Part shown: positions 53,450-62,199 of the stretch, piece by piece
Layout: each line of letters starts with the position of its first letter
Position numbering within the stretch: position 1 is the first letter of the stretch
Assembly: GCA_045542075.1 (NCBI GenBank)
Contig: JAZQKI010000017.1
Location: 2,738-66,737 of the forward strand
Source: Eubacteriales bacterium
GTDB lineage: Bacteria > Bacillota > Clostridia > Oscillospirales > CAG-272
Reading direction: 5' to 3'
DNA: 64,000 bases
Translations under genes and position numbers: made by a program
Notes under the pieces: generated by a model
Told to the model about the DNA's origin: nothing
The model's input: only the letters and a program-made list of their open reading frames with translations
The model's database searches: none

Positions 53450-54169
53450 ATGAAACGTTTTTGCTTAATTATGATAACGCTTATGATGATTCTTGGCTTG
53501 TGTTCATGTAATTCGGAATCAAATAACAATGATAATTTTGATAGTACTGAAAAACCATATATGACTACTCATTGCTCGAAAGAAGATGTTGATGCTTTTT
53601 GCGATATCATTGGAGAACTTCAAGGAGAAGGTCTACTTTCGGGATTAGTCCTCGACAAGGAAAAATGTTTCAATGTTACACCACAGGAGGTTGCGCTGGA
53701 AACCAACTATAAAATTTTCAAATTCTCCGATTCGTGTGCTTCTTTTGTAATGATTGACAACGAGGTCTACACCCTGTGTGAATGGTTTGGCGGATACGGA
53801 TTTGTCAACGCTGTTCCTTGCGATTTTGACAATGACGGAAATAAAGATCTATTAGTTGCATCATCGTGGGGGTCCGGACTGCATCGTTCAATCATTTCAA
53901 TTTTTAATTCTGTAACCAAAGAGTCTACGGTTATTTATGACACTTCAACGACAGATAATCCTCAAATTAATTTATTTGTTGCGGCAGTTTCCCCCTCTTT
54001 TTCATCCAAAGACCCTTCCGACTCATCTATTTATTATCAAGTATATTCGGCTGAAATAAAATCAAATGATAATAACCTGGCTAATTTGTCTTATGTGGCA
54101 ACAGGCATTATAGGTTCGATTTCAACTGAAAATGGAGTGATTGCTTTTATTCCAACAGAGAAATCGTAA
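53450..54169 (+). CDS. Lipoprotein with an FG-GAP/VCBS-like segment, hypothetical
   Basis: MKRFCLIMITLMMILGLCSC lipobox; DFDNDGNKDLLVASSWGSG; GGAGG RBS. Confidence 0.7.
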   Translation: MKRFCLIMITLMMILGLCSCNSESNNNDNFDSTEKPYMTTHCSKEDVDAFCDIIGELQGEGLLSGLVLDKEKCFNVTPQEVALETNYKIFKFSDSCASFVMIDNEVYTLCEWFGGYGFVNAVPCDFDNDGNKDLLVASSWGSGLHRSIISIFNSVTKESTVIYDTSTTDNPQINLFVAAVSPSFSSKDPSDSSIYYQVYSAEIKSNDNNLANLSYVATGIIGSISTENGVIAFIPTEKS

Positions 54170-54287
54170 ATCGTTTCTGACTTTATACAGGCAGGTTGAT
54201 TACATAGGCTCAGTTGCAAGCATGGCGTTAAACGTCCGGTAGAACACGGAACCTTTTAACCCCCATAACCGCTCGTGGGTTATTGCC

Positions 54288-54334
54288 CCCTCTGCAAAAT
54301 AAGCGTGCATCCAAATCGGACACACGTCACAACA
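54288..54334 (+). repeat. 47-nt conserved motif, copy 2 (5' UTR of the 54349 gene)
   Basis: ccctctgcaaaataagCgtgcatccaaatcggacacacgtcacaaca, followed by caaAGGAGaatattATG. Confidence 0.8.
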
Positions 54335-54348
54335 CAAAGGAGAATATT

Positions 54349-54663
54349 ATGACTGTATCAGCACAAATTGTATGGTTCCCCGGCGCGCCTATTACGCTCG
54401 AAGTCATTCTTTTATATTTGTCGCTCTTGCTGATTGCTATAGGCGGATACGTCCTTTTGATGACATCTATGAAAAATGACCGTTACGACAGAAGGAGAAA
54501 ATTCCATCGGGCAAATCCGTGGGAAAGGTTGGAAAATCAAAATGCTAATAAGCAGCCTCCGGAAACTGATAAATTCAAGGTGCTGCGTATAATACTTATC
54601 GCCGTTGTTTCCATACTGACATTATTCGTGCTTGCTATATTGCTCGGTTGGATAAATATTTGA
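54349..54663 (+). CDS. Small membrane protein (104 aa), hypothetical
   Basis: I prefer the ATG at 54349 (AAGGAG RBS) over the track start 54283, which would translate the repeat motif. Two TM segments flank a basic loop. Confidence 0.6.
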   Translation: MTVSAQIVWFPGAPITLEVILLYLSLLLIAIGGYVLLMTSMKNDRYDRRRKFHRANPWERLENQNANKQPPETDKFKVLRIILIAVVSILTLFVLAILLGWINI

Positions 54664-54704
54664 TAAAAAACTCAAAAACCATCTTGTCTAAAAGGTACCC
54701 TCCC

Positions 54705-55883
54705 ATGGCTTCACTACTTTTAGTTTTAATTTACATCTGCTTTATAAGTCTCGGCCTGCCCGACTCGCTTTTGGGCTCGGCCTGGCCCGTATTACACGAG
54801 GAAATATGCGTTCCTATGTCCTACGCGGGCATTATATCCATGGTCATTTTCGTTGGAACTATACTCTCAAGTCTTTTCAGCGACAAGCTGCTCCGAAAAT
54901 TCGGCGCGGGCAGAGTGACCGCAGTCAGCGTTATGCTTACCGCCATAGGCCTTTTCGGCTTTTCAACAAGCACGCGCTTTTGGATGCTGATACTGTGGGC
55001 TATTCCCTACGGGCTCGGCGCGGGCGGTGTTGACGCAATACTAAATAACTACGTCGCGCTTCATTACAAGGCGCAGCATATGAGCTGGCTTCACTGTATG
55101 TGGGGAGTCGGCGCGTCAATAAGTCCTTACATTATGAGCTTTTCGCTCATCCGTCTTGACGGCTGGAGCTACGGCTATCTTATCGTGGCAGTAATTCAGG
55201 CGGTTTTGTGCGCATTTATATTTATCAGTCTCCCCGTGTGGAAAAAGGTCGAGCGCGCCGAGGTCGCCGACGAGGCTCAGGAGCAAGCTCCCTCGCTCTC
55301 GTTCAGAGAAATTTTCTCCATAAAGAACGCCATCCCCTGCTTTCTTATGTTCTTCGGATATTGCGCGCTGGAGCTGACGACGTCGCTTTGGGCAAGCAGC
55401 TATCTTGTGCAAAGATGGGAATTTTCCCCCGAGGTCGCCGCGGGCCTTGCAAGTATGTTTTATTTAGGTGTCACAGCGGGAAGATTTATCAACGGATTTC
55501 TCGCCATGAAGCTCGGCGACCATTTTCTGATAAGAACGGGACTTGGCATAATATCCGTGGGAATTATTCTGCTGTTTATTCCGTTCAGCTCTGTATTTGC
55601 TCTTGTCGGTTTTATACTGATAGGTTTCGGCTGCGCGCCCGTATATCCTTGTATAATTCATATGACACCCGACGTATTCGGCAGGGACAAATCCCAGGCG
55701 ATGATCGGCGTGCAGATGGCTTTTGCTTACGTGGGATTTCTTATAATGCCCCCGCTTTTTGGTATTATCGCGGAGCATATCTCAATCTCTCTTTTACCCG
55801 CATATCAGCTAATCCTCCTTGCGGTCATAATCATTATGCACGAGGTATTGATGCGCGGCGCAAAGAAAAACAATCAGAAATAA
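54705..55883 (+). CDS. MFS transporter
   Basis: 12 TM segments and an MFS-like loop (..KLLRKFGAGRV..). Start taken at the first ATG (the track start 54648 is TTG inside the upstream gene). Confidence 0.8.
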   Translation: MASLLLVLIYICFISLGLPDSLLGSAWPVLHEEICVPMSYAGIISMVIFVGTILSSLFSDKLLRKFGAGRVTAVSVMLTAIGLFGFSTSTRFWMLILWAIPYGLGAGGVDAILNNYVALHYKAQHMSWLHCMWGVGASISPYIMSFSLIRLDGWSYGYLIVAVIQAVLCAFIFISLPVWKKVERAEVADEAQEQAPSLSFREIFSIKNAIPCFLMFFGYCALELTTSLWASSYLVQRWEFSPEVAAGLASMFYLGVTAGRFINGFLAMKLGDHFLIRTGLGIISVGIILLFIPFSSVFALVGFILIGFGCAPVYPCIIHMTPDVFGRDKSQAMIGVQMAFAYVGFLIMPPLFGIIAEHISISLLPAYQLILLAVIIIMHEVLMRGAKKNNQK

Positions 55884-56045
55884 AAACCTTATCTCAAAAG
55901 GCGTCGTTGACGCCTTTTTTTGTTATTTATCACAGCGCAAATATTTCTTAAAATTTCTTAAAAAGCCTCCAAGGACATACCTCTCCCAACAAAATATGCT
56001 ATAATATGACAGTAAATGACAATTTTTATGTATTCTGGAGAGATT

Positions 56046-56816
56046 ATGAAAGAATTTTTAGGATTTGGCGGATATGAGCGCACACCTGAGGGCGCGTATT
56101 CCTGGCAGCACCTTTTGCTCGTGGGCATCGTGCTTGCGACAATGATAGGGCTTGCTGTCTGGCTTGGACTTGTAAACCGAAACAAAGACGAAAAAAGCAA
56201 AAACCGTGTGCTTGTCTGGACTGCAATACTCATAGATTCTCTTGAAATATTCAAAATAGTGGTTATGTGTATGCGCTCGGATGACCCGTCGACTGCCTGG
56301 CACGGACTTTTGCCCCTGTTTTTGTGCAGTATCCAGCTTATCACGATTCCCGTTGCGGCGTTCACCCGCGGAATCGTCAAGGACGCGGCGCTTGACTTTG
56401 TGTTTATATTCGGAATTCTCGGCGCGGTGCTTGGAACTATCGGTGCGGCGCAGAATTATAACGCCTACCCCGTCCTCTCGCTCGACAACGTGGTATCGGC
56501 GCTGACTCACTCCATCTCTGGCTTTGCCTCGCTCTACATCGCAATATCGGGAATGGCAAGCATGAAGAAAAGAAATATTCCCATTACGTATTCCATACTC
56601 GGCGTATTTTGTGTTGCGGCGTTTATCACGAACAAAATTCTTGATACCAACTATATGTTCCTTGAGAGCGACGACGGCACCCCCTACTCGCTTCTGACTG
56701 CGCTCGTCGGCGGTAATCACGTGCTTTACGCGATAGGCGTCATCCTGCTTTTCGTAATATACATAGCGCTGTTTTATCTTATATTCCATCTGTGTACGAG
56801 AAAAAGCAAAAAATAA
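56046..56816 (+). CDS. YwaF/TIGR02206 (TMEM164-like) integral membrane protein
   Basis: Start at the ATG 56046 (GGAGAG RBS). Contains WHGLLPLFLCSIQLITIP and ~7 TM segments. The family call is from memory of the LPLxLC signature. Confidence 0.6.
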   Translation: MKEFLGFGGYERTPEGAYSWQHLLLVGIVLATMIGLAVWLGLVNRNKDEKSKNRVLVWTAILIDSLEIFKIVVMCMRSDDPSTAWHGLLPLFLCSIQLITIPVAAFTRGIVKDAALDFVFIFGILGAVLGTIGAAQNYNAYPVLSLDNVVSALTHSISGFASLYIAISGMASMKKRNIPITYSILGVFCVAAFITNKILDTNYMFLESDDGTPYSLLTALVGGNHVLYAIGVILLFVIYIALFYLIFHLCTRKSKK

Positions 56817-57036
56817 ATACATGGCTTAATAACGGGCGCTCCATCAGTCGCAGGTTATTGAGCCATATTTTTTTCTATGCCGGCGGTCAAAAGCAAACTT
56901 TTTTATTGACATTATTTTTCTTATATGATAAAATGAAAACAGAAGGCATTATCTCCCTATCGCCTGAAGACTTTCCGAACAGTCTTATGATCTTTCGGAA
57001 AAGAAAGGACTTAACTTTTTTGTTAAGGGTGAAAAA

Positions 57037-59955
57037 ATGAAAAAATACTTAGCTTGGATCTTAATTTGCTCGATGCTTCTCGGCGTACTGGCAGCCTGCA
57101 ATCAGGAAAAGCCTGACGGCAAGCCCACTCAGACTCCTACAGAGACACCTACGCAGACTCCTACGGAAGCACCTACTCAGGCTCCTACGGAAGCGCCTAC
57201 TCAGGCTCTTACAGAGGCACCCACTCAGGCTCCTACAGAAGCTCCCACGCAAGCTCCCACAGAAGCTCCCACAGAAGCTCCCACGGAAGCGCCTACAGAG
57301 CCGCCCTATGAGCTTCCCGATAATTCTATAGATCTTACTATTTCAAGCTCTGTTTATTCAAATCTTATAGGCGCGCACAGTTTGTCCGTTACCTTTTCGG
57401 GTGGTGTCGCAAGTCTGAACTTTACAGATTCGGGAGCAGGTTACGTTAATGACCCATACGTTACGCTGAAGCTTCCGTCTTCCCAGATAAACTGTCAGCA
57501 ATACCCATACGTTGCTATTTTGGTGAAAACAAGCGAGCCTATTCTTGAGGGCGAGCTGCGATTCAAAACCACAACTACTGGAAGCGCCTTCCCGTGTCAG
57601 CCCTTCTCTCACGAATATGATGACGGCTGGCAGCTTATAGTTTGTAATCTGACAGATCTCAGCACAGAGAAATTTTACCATCCCACCGTGCCCTTCTCGG
57701 GTTATTATACAGAGTTAAGACTCGACCTGTACTATCCCAACACGCCCGGTTCGGGAATGATTCTTCCGGACACGGAATACTACATAAAGGCATACGCATT
57801 TTTCAAGACGGAGGCTGAAGCGGCAGAATTGATAAAGTTCAAGCCCGACAGCTCATCCGATCAGGAGACCCCTAACGTGAAATACGAAGATTTCTGGCTT
57901 GGCGAGCAATTCGAAAAGCCTTCAAACGACAAAAGAATGAATTGGGTCCATTATGGATTCAAACAAAGCACAGCCCCAGTTGACATGTTCCTGAAGGAAG
58001 GCTATGGCGGCATTGTTTCCAACGTAAACTTCAATCAGAATTACCTTCAGAGTCCAAATGAATTTGCTATTCTGAAGGATGTATACGGTTACGCCGCAAG
58101 CAAGGATATGACGCTCTGGATATACGATGAATATCAGTGGCCCAGCGGCAAGGCATTCGGCCTTGTTCTTGACCGTCAGCCCGGACGTGAGTGGGAATCC
58201 ACGGGAATCGAGCATATCGTCATAAAGGGCTCGAGTGCGGTAGCATCCTACAAGCTCGGCGACAAATACGGCACCGACCTTGAGATCGGCATTATGCATG
58301 CGATCCTTACCGACAGCAGAGGCTCGACAACACTTAGAATAAACAGTGATTGCAGCATCTCCTACGGCACGTCGGGTGACTGGACGCTTGATATATACAT
58401 TCTCAGATATACCTATAATGAAACCGAAAACAGAAAGGATTTCACCACTCTGCGCGACGTTGACCTGCTCAACCCCGACGCAGTTAAATGCTTTATCGAG
58501 CTGACTCATCAGCAGTACAAGGATAATTTCGGCGAATCCTTCAAGAATATTACCGCTTTCTTTACCGACGAGCCTCAGCTCGGCAACAGAGGCATGGCGG
58601 ATTACGTCGTCTGGACAAACGGATTTGCGGAAAGATTTTACGAGACGTACGGATACGAGATAAATATCCCCAGCCTGTTCTCGGGAACAACGGATTACGA
58701 CAATATGGTAAGACTTAATTACTATCAGCTTGTCGCCACTATGTTCAAGGAATCATATATCGATCAGATAACCGAATGGTGCGAGGCAAACGGCGTCGCG
58801 TCCTCGGGACACCTTCTGTTCGAGGAGGATATGAACGACCACATCGAGACATACGGCGGTAACTTTATGCAGGTGGTCGGCGGCATGTCCATTCCGGGTG
58901 CAGACGTACTTTGGGTAGACCCCTATAACCTTCTCAGACAGAACTTTATTGGAAATTACATGGGACTTCGCTACGTCTCCTCCGCCGCTAAAAACGCTGG
59001 CAAGGATGAGGTAATGATAGAATTCAATCCCAACGCTGTAAACGCTCTCGACATGTATGAGGACGACTACTCCGTCACCATAGGAGGTCTTTCCATAACC
59101 AGACTGCTCGGCACGAACGTGTATAACGTCATAAATCCGTCAAAGGACTACTCCATATCCGAGCTGAACGGTCTGAACACATACATCGGCCGTCTTAACA
59201 CAATTCTCGACGAGACTACCGAATGCGGTCAGCTTGCGGTATTCTATCCAATCGCTACCGTTCAGGCATATCACGATGCGGACAGCGACCATTCCTCGGA
59301 AACAGGCAGCGGCAGTACAAACTCAAGTGTAATCAACACCAATTACGAAAAGCTTTGCCTTACGCTGTTGCAAAATCAGCTTCTCTATACGATCATCGAT
59401 GACGAGAGCATTCGTCAGGCAGAGATCACCTCAGACGGAAAAATGGTCATAGGTCTTGGCAGCTACTCAACCATAGTTATTCCCTTTACCGAGTACATTT
59501 CGGTTGAGGCTCTCCAAAAGCTCGCTGATTTTGAGAAAGCTGGCGGCACGGTGTTCTTCTACAAGTCAAAAATAGCTCACGGTCTTGAGCTTGACCAGGA
59601 GGCAGAGATCGCGGAGATCTTCTCTGCCATGGAAAAGGAACCCGTAAATTCAGTGAACGCTCTTACAAGGAAGGTAAAGGATGCCGTATCCACAAGCATC
59701 AGCGCAACTGTGATTACAGGCACGAAAACAAATCTTCTTATGGGAGATTTCACATCCGAGACTCATGACGTATCCTTCCTCGTCAACACAGCCTCCTCGG
59801 ATATGACGGTGCAGTGGAACTACACCGACGGCTACACAGGTAGCGCAACAATCTACTACCCCGGCTCGGGTAATATCGAGACTATTGAGCTTTCTGAAGT
59901 CGGAGAGGTAATTATCCCCGCATATGAAGGAGTACTGATAGTCCGCGAAAAATAA
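57037..59955 (+). CDS. Secreted lipoprotein with a PT(E/Q)AP linker; putative glycoside-hydrolase-like enzyme (family not assigned)
   Basis: Lipobox LGVLAAC and a (PTQ/EAPTE)n linker at aa 30-92. Blocks WIYDEYQWPSG, DLLNPDAVKCFIELTHQQY and AFFTDEPQLGN recall uncharacterised or rhamnosidase-like GH proteins. That resemblance is only from memory. Confidence 0.6.
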   Translation: MKKYLAWILICSMLLGVLAACNQEKPDGKPTQTPTETPTQTPTEAPTQAPTEAPTQALTEAPTQAPTEAPTQAPTEAPTEAPTEAPTEPPYELPDNSIDLTISSSVYSNLIGAHSLSVTFSGGVASLNFTDSGAGYVNDPYVTLKLPSSQINCQQYPYVAILVKTSEPILEGELRFKTTTTGSAFPCQPFSHEYDDGWQLIVCNLTDLSTEKFYHPTVPFSGYYTELRLDLYYPNTPGSGMILPDTEYYIKAYAFFKTEAEAAELIKFKPDSSSDQETPNVKYEDFWLGEQFEKPSNDKRMNWVHYGFKQSTAPVDMFLKEGYGGIVSNVNFNQNYLQSPNEFAILKDVYGYAASKDMTLWIYDEYQWPSGKAFGLVLDRQPGREWESTGIEHIVIKGSSAVASYKLGDKYGTDLEIGIMHAILTDSRGSTTLRINSDCSISYGTSGDWTLDIYILRYTYNETENRKDFTTLRDVDLLNPDAVKCFIELTHQQYKDNFGESFKNITAFFTDEPQLGNRGMADYVVWTNGFAERFYETYGYEINIPSLFSGTTDYDNMVRLNYYQLVATMFKESYIDQITEWCEANGVASSGHLLFEEDMNDHIETYGGNFMQVVGGMSIPGADVLWVDPYNLLRQNFIGNYMGLRYVSSAAKNAGKDEVMIEFNPNAVNALDMYEDDYSVTIGGLSITRLLGTNVYNVINPSKDYSISELNGLNTYIGRLNTILDETTECGQLAVFYPIATVQAYHDADSDHSSETGSGSTNSSVINTNYEKLCLTLLQNQLLYTIIDDESIRQAEITSDGKMVIGLGSYSTIVIPFTEYISVEALQKLADFEKAGGTVFFYKSKIAHGLELDQEAEIAEIFSAMEKEPVNSVNALTRKVKDAVSTSISATVITGTKTNLLMGDFTSETHDVSFLVNTASSDMTVQWNYTDGYTGSATIYYPGSGNIETIELSEVGEVIIPAYEGVLIVREK

Positions 59956-60096
59956 AATCAAACAAAGCGCAAAGGAACACCCGAGGGTGTTCCTTTGTAT
60001 TTGCCCGAAAAATCCAATAAAAGTTGACATCATCCCTTTTCAATGGTATAATCATTGTATAGTTTTCACTTTATATCTATAATTTTTAAGGATCTT

Positions 60097-60996
60097 ATGA
60101 AAAAAACAAAAAACGCAGGCATACTGTTAGCCATTCTTGCGGCGGCACTGTATGCTATAAATTCCCCCTTTTCTAAGCTCTTGCTTGATTATATGCCTCC
60201 CACACTTATGGCGGGACTTCTGTATATTGGCGCGGGACTTGGAATGGGTATTATCGCGCTTATCCGAAAGGCAAAAAAATCAGCGCAGAATGAGGAAAAA
60301 ATCACAAGGGCTGATTTGCCATACACCCTTGTGATGATAATTCTTGATATTGCCGCACCGATATTCTTATTGCTCGGACTCTCATACACCTCCGCCGCAA
60401 ACGCATCTCTTTTGAACAATTTTGAAATAGTTGCCACGGCGCTTATTGCCCTTATGATATTCAAGGAAAAGATCAGTCCTCGTCTGTGGACGGGAATAAT
60501 ATTCGTCACCGCCGCGTGCGCCCTTCTCTCTTTTGAGGATCTTACGAGCCTTGAGTTTTCACTTGGCTCTCTTTTCATCCTGCTTGCCTGTGTTTGCTGG
60601 GGAATAGAAAACAACTGCACCAGAAGGCTCTCGAAAAAGGATCCTCTGGAGATAGTTCTGCTCAAGGGTATTTTTTCGGGACTTGGCTCGGTGATCATAG
60701 GCTTGTGCCTTGGCGAGCGCATAACTGTCGTCTGGAGCGTGTTTGCCGTCCTCACCGTAGGCTTTGTGGCATACGGATTGAGCATTTTCTTTTACGTCTA
60801 CGCTCAAAGGCTTCTCGGCGCCGCAAGGACCAGCGCGTATTACGCGATCTCTCCGTTCATAGGCACGCTTCTGTCACTTGTGATATTCCGTGACCTTCCT
60901 CCCTATACCTACTTCATAGCCCTGGGGCTTATGGTTATGGGTGCTTGGCTATGCGCCAATGATGAGCCTGTATTCAAGCGCAAGAACAAGTCTTGA
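60097..60996 (+). CDS. DMT superfamily (EamA-type) transporter
   Basis: 10 TM segments and a duplicated EamA-like pattern (..LYAINSPFSKLLL.. / ..CWGIENNCTRRL..). Confidence 0.8.
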   Translation: MKKTKNAGILLAILAAALYAINSPFSKLLLDYMPPTLMAGLLYIGAGLGMGIIALIRKAKKSAQNEEKITRADLPYTLVMIILDIAAPIFLLLGLSYTSAANASLLNNFEIVATALIALMIFKEKISPRLWTGIIFVTAACALLSFEDLTSLEFSLGSLFILLACVCWGIENNCTRRLSKKDPLEIVLLKGIFSGLGSVIIGLCLGERITVVWSVFAVLTVGFVAYGLSIFFYVYAQRLLGAARTSAYYAISPFIGTLLSLVIFRDLPPYTYFIALGLMVMGAWLCANDEPVFKRKNKS

Positions 60997-61119
60997 ATCC
61001 GATTTTGTACAAAAACCCATATATCTGAAGTCAAGTCATATTCTTCCACTTGACAAGCGTACCCGGTATATGATACAATATTTAGGTGAGTCAAAATTTG
61101 TCGAGGAAAGGAGCGCCTT

Positions 61120-61983
61120 ATGCCAAAAATAGGAATAGTTCTCGCAGGCGGCGGAAGCCGAGGCCCTTACGAGCTTGGCTGCCTTAAAGCCATAGAGAAT
61201 TTTTTTGGACGCGAGTCTATAAAATGTATAAGCGCATCCTCTATAGGCGTTCTGAACGCCTACGCATTCGGCGTCAACCAGACGGACACTCTTATGCAGG
61301 AGTGGAAGAATATCGACGTTACAAATGCAGGCCGATTTATTTTCTCATATCCCAGCATTCCCGATATGGTGGCAAAGATCCGCTCGATCATACCGGACAA
61401 AGTATTACTTCCCTTTGAAATGTTTGGAACCGTCTGGAATTTCACAGACAGGAAGGTAGAGTATATTCCATTTCATGAGCTTAATGCCCCACTCATGCGC
61501 GACTATATGTGCGCCGCGCTTGCCGTGCCGATATTCAACAAGGGAGTTCGTCTCAACGGACGCACCCTGCTTGACGGTGCCGCGCTTGATAACATTCCCG
61601 TCTATCCTCTTGTAAACCGTGATCTTGACTATATTTTCGTGGTTTATTTTGACGGCCATAGTTATATGTTTGAAAACGAGGATTTTGACAAAAAAGTCAT
61701 AAAGCTCTATAATTTCCCCAACCAGGGAACGTGGGACAGCATGGTTTTTGACCCCAACAGAGTTGATAACATGTACGAATTTGGCGAAAAATACACTCGG
61801 GAAGTTCTTGAGGAATTGTTTGTTTCCGATGACCCGGAGATCGTTTATCAGAACATCAGGGAGCACGAGGCAAAAAACCGAAAGAACGTAGAAAAGCGTC
61901 TTACCGGCGACGTTGTTCTCAGTAGTATAAATACAATGACACGGCGATACGCAAAGCGAATGTCCAAGCGTAAGAAGCTGTAA
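61120..61983 (+). CDS. Patatin-like phospholipase
   Basis: GIVLAGGGSRG oxyanion box, ASSIG nucleophile elbow (AxSxG variant), LLDGAALDN catalytic Asp. Confidence 0.85.
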   Translation: MPKIGIVLAGGGSRGPYELGCLKAIENFFGRESIKCISASSIGVLNAYAFGVNQTDTLMQEWKNIDVTNAGRFIFSYPSIPDMVAKIRSIIPDKVLLPFEMFGTVWNFTDRKVEYIPFHELNAPLMRDYMCAALAVPIFNKGVRLNGRTLLDGAALDNIPVYPLVNRDLDYIFVVYFDGHSYMFENEDFDKKVIKLYNFPNQGTWDSMVFDPNRVDNMYEFGEKYTREVLEELFVSDDPEIVYQNIREHEAKNRKNVEKRLTGDVVLSSINTMTRRYAKRMSKRKKL

Positions 61984-62199
61984 TTTATATAAAAACAGGC
62001 GTGGGGTTAATACTCCCGCCTGTTTTTCGACATTTTTACCCATATTTCAAAAAAATTTACATTGGGTTAATCTTAAATATTCTTAAATATGATAGAATAT
62101 TAATATGGTATAATGTGATATTTATAGGGTTTTATATTGTAAAAGGTCTGTATTTGTCACAAATAACACCAAAACCAATGTGATTTTGAGGAAACGCTT

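Noticed and set aside
54283-54348. N-terminal extension of the 54349 gene (MPPLQNKRASKSDTRHNTKENI) implied by the ORF track
   Set aside because: The extension is the 47-nt repeat motif. In the other copy of the motif the same frame terminates immediately. A good AAGGAG RBS precedes the internal ATG at 54349.
55208-56822. ORFs 55208..55951 (+, 247 aa) and 56058..56822 (-, 254 aa)
   Set aside because: Both are basic low-complexity frames overlapping well-supported membrane protein genes (the MFS and YwaF-like genes). No RBS is present.
61120-61983. Patatin-like phospholipase as a CBASS or other defence-system effector
   Set aside because: There is no cyclase/nucleotidyltransferase, sensor or other defence partner nearby. 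It has its own promoter and terminator, and its neighbour is a lipid acyltransferase. A lipid-metabolism role is more parsimonious.
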